Translations under genes and position numbers: made by a program | Origin: Phaeosaccion multiseriatum | Lineage: Eukaryota; Protista; Ochrophyta, other classes | Direction: 5' to 3' | Assembly: GCA_965112735.1 (NCBI GenBank) | Contig: OZ218953.1 | Coordinates: 3,100,001-3,164,000, forward strand | DNA length: 64,000 bases | The notes under the pieces: model-generated | Database searches by the model: none | The model's input: the letters and a program-made list of their open reading frames with translations, nothing else | What the model was told of the DNA's origin: nothing | Shown: positions 13,501 through 23,888 of the stretch, piece after piece | How the letters are laid out: every line of letters begins with the position of its first letter | Numbering within the stretch: the first letter of the stretch is position 1

Positions 13501-13613
13501 CGCCTGGGGCGGTCGATCTTCCTCCGGCAGAAGGTGGAGGCCTCATCGTCCGACATGCGGTACAGTTTGCGCAAAGCGTTGTACACCTGCACACCCATAC
13601 ACACATCCACACG

Positions 13614-13679
<66 letters not shown>

Positions 13680-13949
13680 TACCCAGTCAGGCCCAAATGC
13701 GGCGAAGAGCAGCACAGACAGAGGAGTGGTTCTGAGACAGGAATAGCATAAGAGGATAAGAGGCGGCCACCGGATGCGTATCGTACCTTCTTTTTGTCTC
13801 TGTCTATTCTCACCAGATACCCTGGGCATCGAGAGTCCTTGCCCATGAAGATCAAACTCATATTGCCCCGCTTGACCTTGAACCTGCCGCAGCGTCAGCG
13901 CCAGAGGGACAGAGAGAGAGAGAGGGGGGGAGAGAGGGAGAGAGGGAGG

Positions 13950-14017
<68 letters not shown>

Positions 14018-16224
14018 GATATTCTCAGAGGAGAGGGGGGGGGGAACAAGAGGGGCGGCATCATCAGCAGGACGTGCGTCCAGCAAGGAGGAAGGAAGGG
14101 CATGTGGGGCAGGTCCAGGGCACACTAAAAAGACACAGAGAACCAACTTGCCAATTGCCATTGAACATCCTATTGTTGGTCATCCGTGTTACAGACATAC
14201 ATGGCTCTGGCTTGGAAGGAAGGTCCTGCCAGCGCGGAAGAGTGTCGGTATCGGCCTGCTGATCGGTCCCACGCTCTACTACATGTGTAACTAAGATTAA
14301 AACCAGAACCGAAACTGAAACTGACCTGCCCAAAATGCCAGTGATGGTGGTGTCCATGCGCAGCCAAGAGCCGCGCTTCCAAATGCGGTACCTGTTGGGG
14401 TCAGACAAGACAAAATAGTAGCAGAGCATTTAGACGAAGGAGTGGATGACTGGCAGAGCTAGGACGTTATGTGAAGGGCAGGGGGAGCAGGAGAACGCTG
14501 CGCGATACCGCCCGTACAGGAGGGAGCAGAGGGATACCATCCACCACAGAGAGGTTGAGAGGGTGAGCACTGGAGTGCGTCACTTACGTGTCATGTGGCG
14601 TCAGAGCTTTCACAAGCGATGACAAGACCGTACTGCTGCCGAACTCCTGCAGAGGAGGTGTCGGAAGCAATGCAGGAATAGAGATTGGGGGGGGGGGGGG
14701 AGGCGGGGAGGGATTAGACAAAGGGAAACGGGGCCGGGGGGGTGGGAGGGGGGCGAACCCTGCGTGCCACACCACCCTACAAGAGCACCAAGTCGCCTGC
14801 CCTTCCCATCGCTCCTCTTTCTCCCCCTTCCCTTGTCCCCTATCCCACCCTCCCGGCTCGTCCCGTCTCGCTTACCCAGCGCATCTCCACATAGAAGTCC
14901 GGTAGCGCCTCCAACCTGTCCAGCAGCACAGGCACCCTCCTCCTCCACCGGCCCCATCCAGCCCTCTGCTCCAGTAGAGCCACCCGCATCAGCAGCGGCA
15001 CAGAGCCGAGCAGCGCCACGTCGTCCGAGAGGCGAAAGTGGCCGGCTGTAGTGTATGGGCGAGGAGGGGTTTGGGGTAAAAATAGAGAAGTTGAGGCGGA
15101 GGAGGAGGAGGAGGAGGAGATGAGAAGAAGGCACAAAGGAGGAGGGGGTGGAGCTATTCTCAGTGCTCTGGGAGGACTTGACAACGGGCCGATGGTACAA
15201 CAACAGAGAGGGTTGTTGGGGGGGGGGGGGGCACTACCCAACTAACGTAACATAATGGTATTACAGACCTGCCCTCGTCGGATCCGGCTTGTCTTCTAAG
15301 ACCTCCGCCCCCGCGTCCAACAGAGCCTCGGCGGCCTCGATCTTGCCAAGCTTGACGGCGAGTTTGAGGGCAGTGTAGCCGTTGTGGTCCTTGGCGTTGA
15401 TGCCCTGGGGGTGAAGCGATAGGGAGGTGGTGGGCAGGTCGGGCAGAGATACGGCAACGAAAGACAGACAGAGACGAATGAAGTGAAACGCGACCCTTCT
15501 GCCACCACATGAGAGGAAGGGGAGGACACACCTTGACTTCACGGAGGCAGAGCGCCCACAGCGAGTCGAGAGAGTCTTCGAACACAGCTCGGTGATAGGG
15601 GAAGGATGCAGGAGCCGGAGACACGACAGCTGCCGCTGCTGCTGCTGGGGTCGCTTTTTCTCCTTTGCGGGCACCCTCTCCCCCCCCTCCTCCACTACCT
15701 CCTTCTTTTCCTCCTCCTCTTCCTCCTGCTGCTCCTGCTGTCGCTGTTGCTCCCCCCTCGGCTGCTGGTGACGGTAATGGTATGACTGATGGTGGTGAAG
15801 CACAAACTGGCCTGTGGAGGGTCGGAAACTCAGCCATGCATGGCGGAGAGTACGGCGGAGAGAACGGGGGAGAGAACGGCGGAGAGACGGCGGGTGGGTC
15901 CCTCGGGTCCGGGGGAGGAGGAGGGACCTCTGCGATTGCGATGGGCACCACTGCTGGAGGCTCCACCTCCACCATCTTGGCAGGGCCTCCATCTACATCT
16001 CTAGAAGCAGACTCCCGCGGAGAAGAGATCCCATCACTGCTGGTGGTCACGTCAACGCCCGTGCCGTTGGCAGACAGAGGCGGCGGCGGCGCAGGATGGG
16101 CTCCATAGACAGAGGATACAGAGGCTGCCTCTGTTTCGCTGCTTCTCCTCTTTCTTCGCCTGCTGGAGACGCTGCTCCTTCGCCCGCCGCAGAAGCAGCT
16201 TGTGGCTATGTTTATAAACTTCAT
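10507..16224 (-). CDS. ANKRD13: Ankyrin repeat domain 13 family protein (ankyrin repeats + GPCR-chaperone domain)
   Basis: Ankyrin repeat INAKDHNGYTALKLAVKLGKIEAAEALLDAGA. Family motifs across exons: LEALPDFYVEMRW|EFGSS..LVKALTPHDT|YRIWKRGSWLRMDTT, ATLWLTE..YPLSLQDVLPIFE|VMS..LPVNGFPMR|MTLPL..FMMPPEY. Ends in an acidic tail. Confidence 0.85.
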
Positions 16225-16805
16225 CCCTGCAGCCCTTGCAGCCCACCAAGGGCGTGTTCAATCGATGCGGTCCATCTCGGCCCTCCCAAAATTTGGGTTC
16301 CAAAGGATTCTCTCTCCTCTGTTGCTGCTGCTATGCTGCTGCCCCCCCCCTCCTTGCTGGTGTAGCTTCTTCGAAAGATGCTATGTGCTCCTCTCTCCGC
16401 GTTTTCTCATGCTGCTGCACTTCGCAGACGACATTTCGACAGGAGTGGAATGGAAAAAAAAAAAAAAAAAAAAAAACCCGTGTGGCGCGCATTCTGGCGA
16501 CGACGTTCTTCCTCGGAGTACAACAAGCTCACCGCTTCTCCCGAACCTTTGCCCTTGGTTTCCCTTTTTCCTCTTCTCCAGATGCTACACTGTACGTATA
16601 TATCAGCAGCACCCCATCTCTAGGAGCTAAGGATATTGGTGTGCCCGTTCAGAGAGGAGTGCTGCGGCATCTGAGGAAAGATAGGAGAAGGGAAGGTCTC
16701 AGGTTGGTCGATGCGATGGGTGCTTAGCTCTGCATTTGCAGGGGGCTGAGGAGAACGGAGCGCAAGAGGGGGGGCTGCGGGCCGTAAACGCGCGGGAGAA
16801 GCGGC

Positions 16806-17324
16806 ATGAGGAAGCCACGCCGGGGCTTGGATGGGCGCCTCTCTGCGATGCCCGTCTCGATGAGCGACGGTACGTGAGTGCCTCCTTTTTTTCCCTCTAG
16901 TAATCTTAATCTTACTTCCCTCTTCTCAGCTCTCCTTGCATTCTCACCCTCCTCTCGCCCCTCCCTCCCTACTGACTCGACTCGACTCCTTTCTCCGCCC
17001 CTCCCCTCTCTCCTCGCAGTGAAGGATAACTACTTTTTGGTACGTGCAGCGCAGCACGGGGCCTGGGCCAGGAGTATATGTGTGGCTCTTCTCCTTTCAC
17101 CTTTTCTGCTGCTGCCTACTCACCCAACTAACTTGATCCCTCCCTACGTGAACCATCAGAGGGCCTGTCGAGTGCTCAGCTTGATTGTCCAACTCTTCGC
17201 CGCCCTGTCGGTGGTTGCGAATGTGGCCACACTCGCCTTTGCAGCAAGGGAGAGACGCACCCCTTTCGCAAACTTTGTGGAGATATGTTTGAGGGCCTAC
17301 ACCTGCGCCATGGGGGGAGTGGGA

Positions 17325-17372
<48 letters not shown>

Positions 17373-18134
17373 GTCAGTCTCTCGCCCTGCCCCTCGATGC
17401 TAATTGCGTCTCCGTCTCCTTACCATTAAGCGGCGCTTCCTATACACATCTCTTCCCTGCCCCACTTCTCTGACCACCCTCTCCCCACCTCCTCGTGCTG
17501 CCCCCCCCACGCTGCCGCGAGCGCAGTTCTCGTAGAGGCAGAGAATGCATGGATACTAAGCCAGTGTCGGGTGATGGAGTCCTGGCTGTTCCGGGGCTCG
17601 TTTACGATATTGTACGTACTGCAGCGGGTCCTGCGCCCCCCCTCCCTCGCCCTCCCATACGATGCTCATTTCGCCTCCCCTCTCGTTATCTTCTGCTTCC
17701 GTCTGACACTACGCTCATTCACCTACTCCCACTCAGCGTGGGTATTTGCACTCTGCATAGCTCAGCAGACGGAGTAGTGCTCATCGCTTTCTACCGGGAA
17801 GTTGTGGGTGTGGCCTTGGTGGGAGCGGGACTATTGTATAGCGGACTAGGTACGCAACAAGACGGGGAGGGCGATATATCTGGCCATCTTCCTCTGCGTC
17901 AACACTTCAGACATCTTCCTCCCGTCGTGAGCTTCGTTTAGATGCATAAGCCCCCGCCCCCTGCTCCTCATACTCCCCGCAGGGCTGTTGTGTTTCAAGC
18001 AGCTCAAGACGTCGCACTTGATGAGGATCAGGAGAGCGAAACTCATGAAACAGGAGCTAGCGGAGCTGTCCCAGCACAAGCAGCAGCTGGAGACGCTGCT
18101 GGCGGCCACAGAGACCAAGATAGAGGCTCTATAA
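16806..18134 (+). CDS. COPI-associated / TVP15-like Golgi membrane protein, 6 small exons
   Basis: Exons ~16806(or 16848)-16869, 17020-17039, 17160-17324, 17527-17611, 17737-17849 and 17983-18134 splice in frame. Hydrophobic helices with ICLRAY and MESWLFRGSFTIFVG (cf. FL.SW.GRG.FYIFVG), followed by a C-terminal coiled coil. Confidence 0.65.
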
Positions 18135-18414
18135 TACCCTTCTTGAATGGTGCGCCTTCCTGTTGTATGCACAGAGGAGAGGATGGATGGATGCCGCGAA
18201 CACGTGCAAGCAAAGCAGTGGGTGGTACGAGCAGCAGGGTAACAGAGATGATGGCTGACCCAATAGCGAATGGGAGAAACACCAAGAGTGAGGCTTGCAG
18301 GCAGGTAGTGAGGAGGAGAAACGACTTTTTTTGTTTTTGTTTTTTGTATATACACTTTCTTTTAAGAAGTTTGGAGCTCAAATCAGTCTTGATGACTCCA
18401 CGTCAAAAAGAGTG

Positions 18415-21267
18415 CTAAGCAACAAGCGCCCCCCTCGCGCCTCCTCTGCCTCTACTGTTGGTGCTACTACCGCTACCGACTGCTTTTTGAGCGCCCAGCC
18501 AAGAGTCAAAGCGCCTCCGCGACAATGCGCACACTGGCATGACGTGCTTGTCGAACTTGGGTCGAATGCCCATCTGTCGTAAGAGCGCCAGTCTGGGCCT
18601 CATGGTTTGCTCAATGCTCCGATCGGTGAGCAGAGGGAGGCGCATGCCAATCTTCCTGGGCGTTGTCCCTTCCATCTCCACTGACACGAGGTGAGCAATC
18701 GCCTGCTGCTTGTGCAGACTCACCGCCTTGAGCCGCCGGGCAGTGGGTGGATGCTGCAAGAGCTTCTGCCAACCCGCTTCCGACAGCCCCAGCTCGCTCC
18801 TGTACCACTCCCTCCTCTCCTGCAGTGGTGGCAGGATGCGCTTCTGCAACCAAGGAGGAAACACGTCGTTTGCCAGTACACAAACCGCCTTGGCATGGTC
18901 GTGGAAGGTGGGCGTTAACCCCGACGCCTTCATCTGCTCAATCCGCGGCCGATACGTGTTCTCTACGCTAAAGTTGACGGTGATGCGCGCCAGCAGCAAG
19001 CCCACTTCCCTTGGCGTGCTCCCCTCCATCTGCTCCAGCAGCAGCTCGGCCACCGCCTGCATCTTCTGCACGCGCACCCTTGCCAGCTTTTTGAGTTTGG
19101 GCGCGTCACTTATAATCTCGTTCCACTCATCATCGGAGAGCCCCAGCTCCTCCACAAACCACCGCCTCTTGTCCTCCAACGCGCGCTCGGGGGTGCTGTT
19201 GAGGTTCCTCAGCCACCGCTTGAATTGCGACGCGTTTTGCGTGCACACTGCCTTTGCATGGTCCTTAAACACCGGCGTAAAGCCCATGGCCTTCATCTGC
19301 TTGAGTCTTGCCTTGATCGTGCGCTCCACATTGTGGCCCAGCACGAGTCGAGGCAAGTCCAGTCCAATGTCCCTCCGCGTCACCCCCTCCATCTCCTCCA
19401 GCAGAACGTCGACAAACTCCTGCATCTTCCGCAGGGTCGTACCCTTGACCTTGACAGCAAGGCTCGGAACGTAAAAGAATGCTTCATACTCCTCCTCCGA
19501 CACCCCCAGCTCGTCCACAAACCACGCCCGCTTATACTCCATCAGCACATCTTTGGTGTAGATCTGCCCATGCAGCCACGACGCGAATTGCCGCTCGTTC
19601 AGAGCACACATGGAGCTGACATGGTACGCAAACACCGGCTCCACCCCCAACGCCCTCAGCCTCTCCAGTCGAGGCTTGACTGTCCGCTCGATGCTCGGGC
19701 TGGACAGCCGTGGCAGCCTGAGACCTACCGCGTGGGGCGTGGCCCCCTCCATCTCGCGCATCAGCGTCCGTGCCATTGCCTTCATCTTGACCAGGCTCGT
19801 CGTCTTCAATGACCTGGTGGTCACACGATGCTTGAAAAAGCCTTCCCATTCTTGCAGAGTCAGGCCAAGCTCATCCATGTACCACTTCCTCTTCTCCTCC
19901 ATGACCACGTGGGGCGAATGCTCCATCGCATTGTGAAGCATCCTCTTCTCAAGCCACTCGTCAAAGTTGTGCCTCGTGAGGCGGCAAACGGCCTTGGCGT
20001 GGTCGGCAAAGACGGGCACCACACCGTGCTCCCGCATGGCCGCGAGCCGAGGCTTGATGGTGTTGTCCACACTGTGCCGCACCAAAAAGGGCAGTGCCAT
20101 ACCCACTTCCCTCGGCGTGGCTCCCTCCATCCCCTCGAGCAGAGCCGCAGACAGTGCCCGCATCTGGCGAAGGCTCACCTTGTGCAGGTACTTGCTAGCC
20201 CGCCACACCAGCTCCTGCCAGTCCGGTCGCGAGAGCCCCATCTCCCCCATGAGCCACTCGCGCTTCTCCTCCTCCAGGACTGCCGGTGTCCGGAGCTGGA
20301 GCTGCAGCCACGTGTCGAAGCGCGCGTCTGAGTATGTGCACACCGGTCTGGCGTGCTTTTTGAACTGGGGCTGAATGCCGTGCCGGAGCAGCACCTGCAG
20401 CCGAGGTCTCAGGTTCCTGGGGTTCCTGCTCCGCCCAATGATGCGGGGAAGCAGCAGCCCGACATCTCTAGGAGTGGCTCCGTCCATCTCCAGCAGGAGC
20501 AGCCCTGCCAGCTCCTGGAACTTGGACAGGCTCACCGAGGACAGCATTCGCGCACTAACCGTGTGGCCGAAAAAGACTTGCCACTCAACCTCGGAAATAT
20601 CCAGCGCTTTGATGAACCACTCCTTCTTCTCCTTGAGCGAGAACTCCGTCGACACTTTGTCCACCCGCTGCCTCAACCAGGCATCAAAGGGAGCACTCGC
20701 CAGCTTGCACACGGCGTTGGCGTGCTCCTCAAAGCGAGGTGGGACGCCGGCGTCCCGCAACATTTGCAGCCGAGGCATGATACTATTTTCAATGCTCAAC
20801 GTCGACAAGCGCGGTAGCGCCAAGGCCACTTCTCTCTTCGTCGCTCCCTCCATCTCTGTAGTCAAGATCTTGGCCATGGCTTTCAACTTTACGAGGCTCA
20901 TTGTGGTGAGCCTCTTTCCCGTCGACCCGTCGTCGAGCAGGCCTTGCCACTCCTCCTCCGTTATCCCCATCCTATATACAAAGAACTGCCTCCGCTCCTC
21001 CATAGGGGCGTGGGAGTATCGCTTCCCCACCCTTGGCCGTGCCTTCATTGCCACTTCCACTTCTCCTCTGCGGCTGCCCGTCAGTCTCCTATTGCTACTT
21101 CTGCTACTGCTACTGCTACTGCCACTGCCGCTGCTGCGGCTAGTACTGTGGCCTCCTTGGATAAAGAGCGCGCTGCTGCAAAAGGCGCGCGTTTCCACCA
21201 TCAAATGCAACCCCACCACCCCAGCTCGTAACATGGTCCACCACGGCCGCCTCCTCCGCTTAGGCAT
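18415..21267 (-). CDS. Intronless helical repeat protein with seven ~120-aa mTERF-like repeats and a putative bipartite plastid presequence
   Basis: Single open frame (ORF 18415-21531; likely ATG 21267 or 21234). Repeats start at 21003, 20637, 20274, 19902, 19542, 19179 and 18825. Each has LPRL..S.E.T.KPRL, resembling the mTERF motif. The N-terminus MLRAGVVGLHLMVETRA-FC is followed by an S/R-rich stretch. Confidence 0.8.
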   Translation of the reverse strand: MPKRRRRPWWTMLRAGVVGLHLMVETRAFCSSALFIQGGHSTSRSSGSGSSSSSSRSSNRRLTGSRRGEVEVAMKARPRVGKRYSHAPMEERRQFFVYRMGITEEEWQGLLDDGSTGKRLTTMSLVKLKAMAKILTTEMEGATKREVALALPRLSTLSIENSIMPRLQMLRDAGVPPRFEEHANAVCKLASAPFDAWLRQRVDKVSTEFSLKEKKEWFIKALDISEVEWQVFFGHTVSARMLSSVSLSKFQELAGLLLLEMDGATPRDVGLLLPRIIGRSRNPRNLRPRLQVLLRHGIQPQFKKHARPVCTYSDARFDTWLQLQLRTPAVLEEEKREWLMGEMGLSRPDWQELVWRASKYLHKVSLRQMRALSAALLEGMEGATPREVGMALPFLVRHSVDNTIKPRLAAMREHGVVPVFADHAKAVCRLTRHNFDEWLEKRMLHNAMEHSPHVVMEEKRKWYMDELGLTLQEWEGFFKHRVTTRSLKTTSLVKMKAMARTLMREMEGATPHAVGLRLPRLSSPSIERTVKPRLERLRALGVEPVFAYHVSSMCALNERQFASWLHGQIYTKDVLMEYKRAWFVDELGVSEEEYEAFFYVPSLAVKVKGTTLRKMQEFVDVLLEEMEGVTRRDIGLDLPRLVLGHNVERTIKARLKQMKAMGFTPVFKDHAKAVCTQNASQFKRWLRNLNSTPERALEDKRRWFVEELGLSDDEWNEIISDAPKLKKLARVRVQKMQAVAELLLEQMEGSTPREVGLLLARITVNFSVENTYRPRIEQMKASGLTPTFHDHAKAVCVLANDVFPPWLQKRILPPLQERREWYRSELGLSEAGWQKLLQHPPTARRLKAVSLHKQQAIAHLVSVEMEGTTPRKIGMRLPLLTDRSIEQTMRPRLALLRQMGIRPKFDKHVMPVCALSRRRFDSWLGAQKAVGSGSSTNSRGRGGARGALVA

Positions 21268-22216
21268 GGTGCTACCGTCTCTCCTCCCTCCAAGAGAGAA
21301 GGAGGGCGTGGCCCTGGGCAAAACGGGGTCTCCTCTTCTTCCGTCGGTCCAGCTGCCACTGTTGGTTGGACATTGGTTCATGCGCTGCTGGGACACATTG
21401 TCCTCCTCCTCTTTCCTCTCCTCTCTTGTCAGGGCGCCCACTTTTGAGGGAAAATTCTCCAATCCCTCTATCGCTTGCCACAGACCTTCAGGAGGGTATC
21501 TTGGACGTCTCCTCCAACTCGGCGGCAGCACCGTTGGGGAGATATTGAGCTATAGAAAGCACACTTCAAGAAAATTGGAGAGGGTGGGTGGTGTTGCAAG
21601 ATATCGATCATCTCTATTTTATTTCGATCATCTCTAATTTTATGATCTATTTTATTTAGATCATCTCGACAGCTCGAGCAGCAGAGGCTGAGGGGCTGAG
21701 GGAGGAGCCTATGTCTTTGGTAGCAGCAACTGCCGCGGCTGCGGCTGCGAGTAGCGCCGAGGCATGCACCCTGTGGGAGCAAGCCCCCTCCCTCTCTACT
21801 CGACCGGCCATACTTCGCGCTAAATCACAGCGGAAGAGGGCCTGTAAGATGTGCGAGAAGTGTGGGCATTAGCAGGAGGCTCGGAGGGGTGGCGTGGGCG
21901 TGCACACAGGGAAGGAGAAGACTTGTTGCATACCGATTGACAAGCGGACCAGGAAGCGCAATCGCAATGGCGAGCTCATTCCAGAGACCCAGTCCGCCAG
22001 CAAGATGTATGGTGGGCCCTGTGAGTGTGTATTCTGCAGTTCATTCGCAGCTTCTAAGCCATAGAAAGGCCAATACAGGGCCAATAAAGGGGGCCAAAGT
22101 CTCTTCGCTTATTGTAATCCACTAGCCAGTCGCCAGTTGTGGTGGTGGAATTTGAATTTAATTGGCTGGCCCTTCCTTCCCCCTTTTCTCACGATATTCG
22201 CCTCTTTCCCCCATCC

Positions 22217-22675
22217 TCGACTCACCGATAACTATTACGGCACCACCTGATTACTGATTATGGCGCCAGCCGGGCCTGATTACTGATTATGGCCGGTGCC
22301 AGCCGGGCCTGGTTACTGATTATGACCGGCGCCAGCCGGCCTGAATACTAGTTTTTTTTCCAAGCCAGCCTGATTACTGATTATTGATTATTGGCTCCAG
22401 TCGGCCCCTGACATGCTTCTGAGACAGGCCAGCCCAGAAGCAGGAAGCAGGCCGGCTGGCGCCGGCCAGAAGCAGGAACCAGCCTTGGCCTTCATCATTG
22501 CCTTATTACATGGCTTTCCCTCAGAACCTGGAACTGATGGAACCTGCCTGCTTGGCCGGCTGGCGCCGGCCAGAATCAGGAAGCAGGGTCGCCTCAGAAG
22601 CATGTCAGGGGCCGAGGCCAGCCGGCCTAATTGCTGATTTTGGCCGGCGCACACTGTAACCTTGTCCAGGCTCGA
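22217..22675. mobile_element. Putative non-autonomous element with TCGA termini, 6-bp TSD CCATCC and an internal ~30-bp tandem array
   Basis: CCATCC|TCGA at 22211-22220 and TCGA|CCATCC at 22672-22681. Internal CCTGATTACTGATTATGG-CGCCAGCCGG repeats start at 22246, 22275, 22308, 22340 and 22369, with a degenerate copy after 22616. The inverted repeat beyond TCGA is weak. Confidence 0.55.
22401..22615. mobile_element. MITE, 215 bp, perfect 23-bp TIR, nested in the tandem array
   Basis: TCGGCCCCTGACATGCTTCTGAG (22401-22423) and its exact reverse complement (22593-22615). Flanks CTCCAG / GGCCAG are a possible degenerate 6-bp TSD. Confidence 0.75.
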
Positions 22676-23888
22676 CCATCCCTTTTCGATCTCCTCGGCA
22701 CATGTTCGAAGGAAAATCCTCGGCACATGTTTGGAGGAAAAGAAACAAAAGCCGGAGAGGTACACGAGCGGCTTTCTGGGGGGGGGGGTAGGGTAGATAG
22801 GGTAGGAATTGTCTAGAAGTTCCTTCCCCCCCCCCCAGACTGCTGACGACTGACGACTGACGACAAGAAGCTATTGGGCGATCACATCGCGCTGACCCCG
22901 GCATCAAGCCGGCCCGCTTCCCCAGCCTTTGCCGCAGAGCAGTGCTTTGCCTCTTCCCCCCTTTGAGACTCCACATTCTCCGGCACTACAGGCACAAGGC
23001 ATATGGGCAGGACAAGCAACGGCAGGCAGGCAGCAGGGTGCGGCAGCAGGGCCGGTGCCCAGCCGGCACCCTTTCAGCTGTTGATTTATGTGTGTGTGTG
23101 TGTGTGTATGGCCAAGAGCTAGCTCTCGACAAATATGCAATAGCGCGTCAGGGGTTCAATACGTAAGGTCAGTAGCTACGTCACGCCAACAAGTCTGGCT
23201 GGGCGCCAGCCAGAGGCGCGGCTTACCCTCTCCCTTTATTCTTCCTCATCTTCTGATGGGCTTTGTGAGTTCGGATTAAAGTTCGGGGGGGGCGGGGAGG
23301 TCGCGAAGAAGCTACTACGTTAAAAAGAAGGATGGCTGGGGAGATCGTGAAGAAGAAATGGCCCTCCATTGCAGCTCGTCGTCCGAATGAAGCACTGGAA
23401 TTCAAACTGCTAGACCCGAATAGTCAAATCAAGGTCAAATACAAACCATCTCGAGAGTCGCGCCCAGCGGCCTTCCTGAATAATTCGGGCTCCTCTAGGT
23501 ACGCCGCCCACGACATAAGCTGCCCGTTTCCACTGCGCCACCTACACGCACGCCCTCACCCTGCAACTAGCCGGACCTGTGTAGAAGAGCTGATTTGCAA
23601 TACACTGAGGTCTCGCGCTCCTTTATTATTAATACCTTGCAGTGGCGCTAGGCTTTTGAAAGACTTGAGATGATGGCGTTGCAAGAGAAACCGTAGGCGG
23701 GCTAGACTTTCTGCTGCTGGAGAGGGACAACCCAATGGATTGCATAGATATGTGCGAGGAGAAGTAGCAGCAGAAGAGCTACGCACCCTCACCCAGGCCC
23801 CTTCAGTCTCTTGGAGCATTCCGCGTTTTCTCTGACGCCACTTTATCTGTGGGCCAGCGCCAAGTGCGGGGAGAGCCAGAGAGACCTT

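Noticed and set aside
20375-21637. 420-aa plus-strand ORF (and similar antisense ORFs such as 5737-6585 and 51972-52847)
   Set aside because: These are antisense shadows of GC-rich coding regions with no recognisable motifs.
22246-22393. CRISPR-like repeat/spacer appearance
   Set aside because: The intervening segments are short and nearly identical to each other, the context is eukaryotic and no cas genes are present. It is a tandem array.
23140-23165. tRNA/B-box-like GGTTCAAT
   Set aside because: There is no cloverleaf or A-box. The sequence is better explained as a MITE terminus.
23332-23673. 113-aa ORF as a possible transposase remnant
   Set aside because: No DDE, zinc-finger or HTH motif is recognisable.
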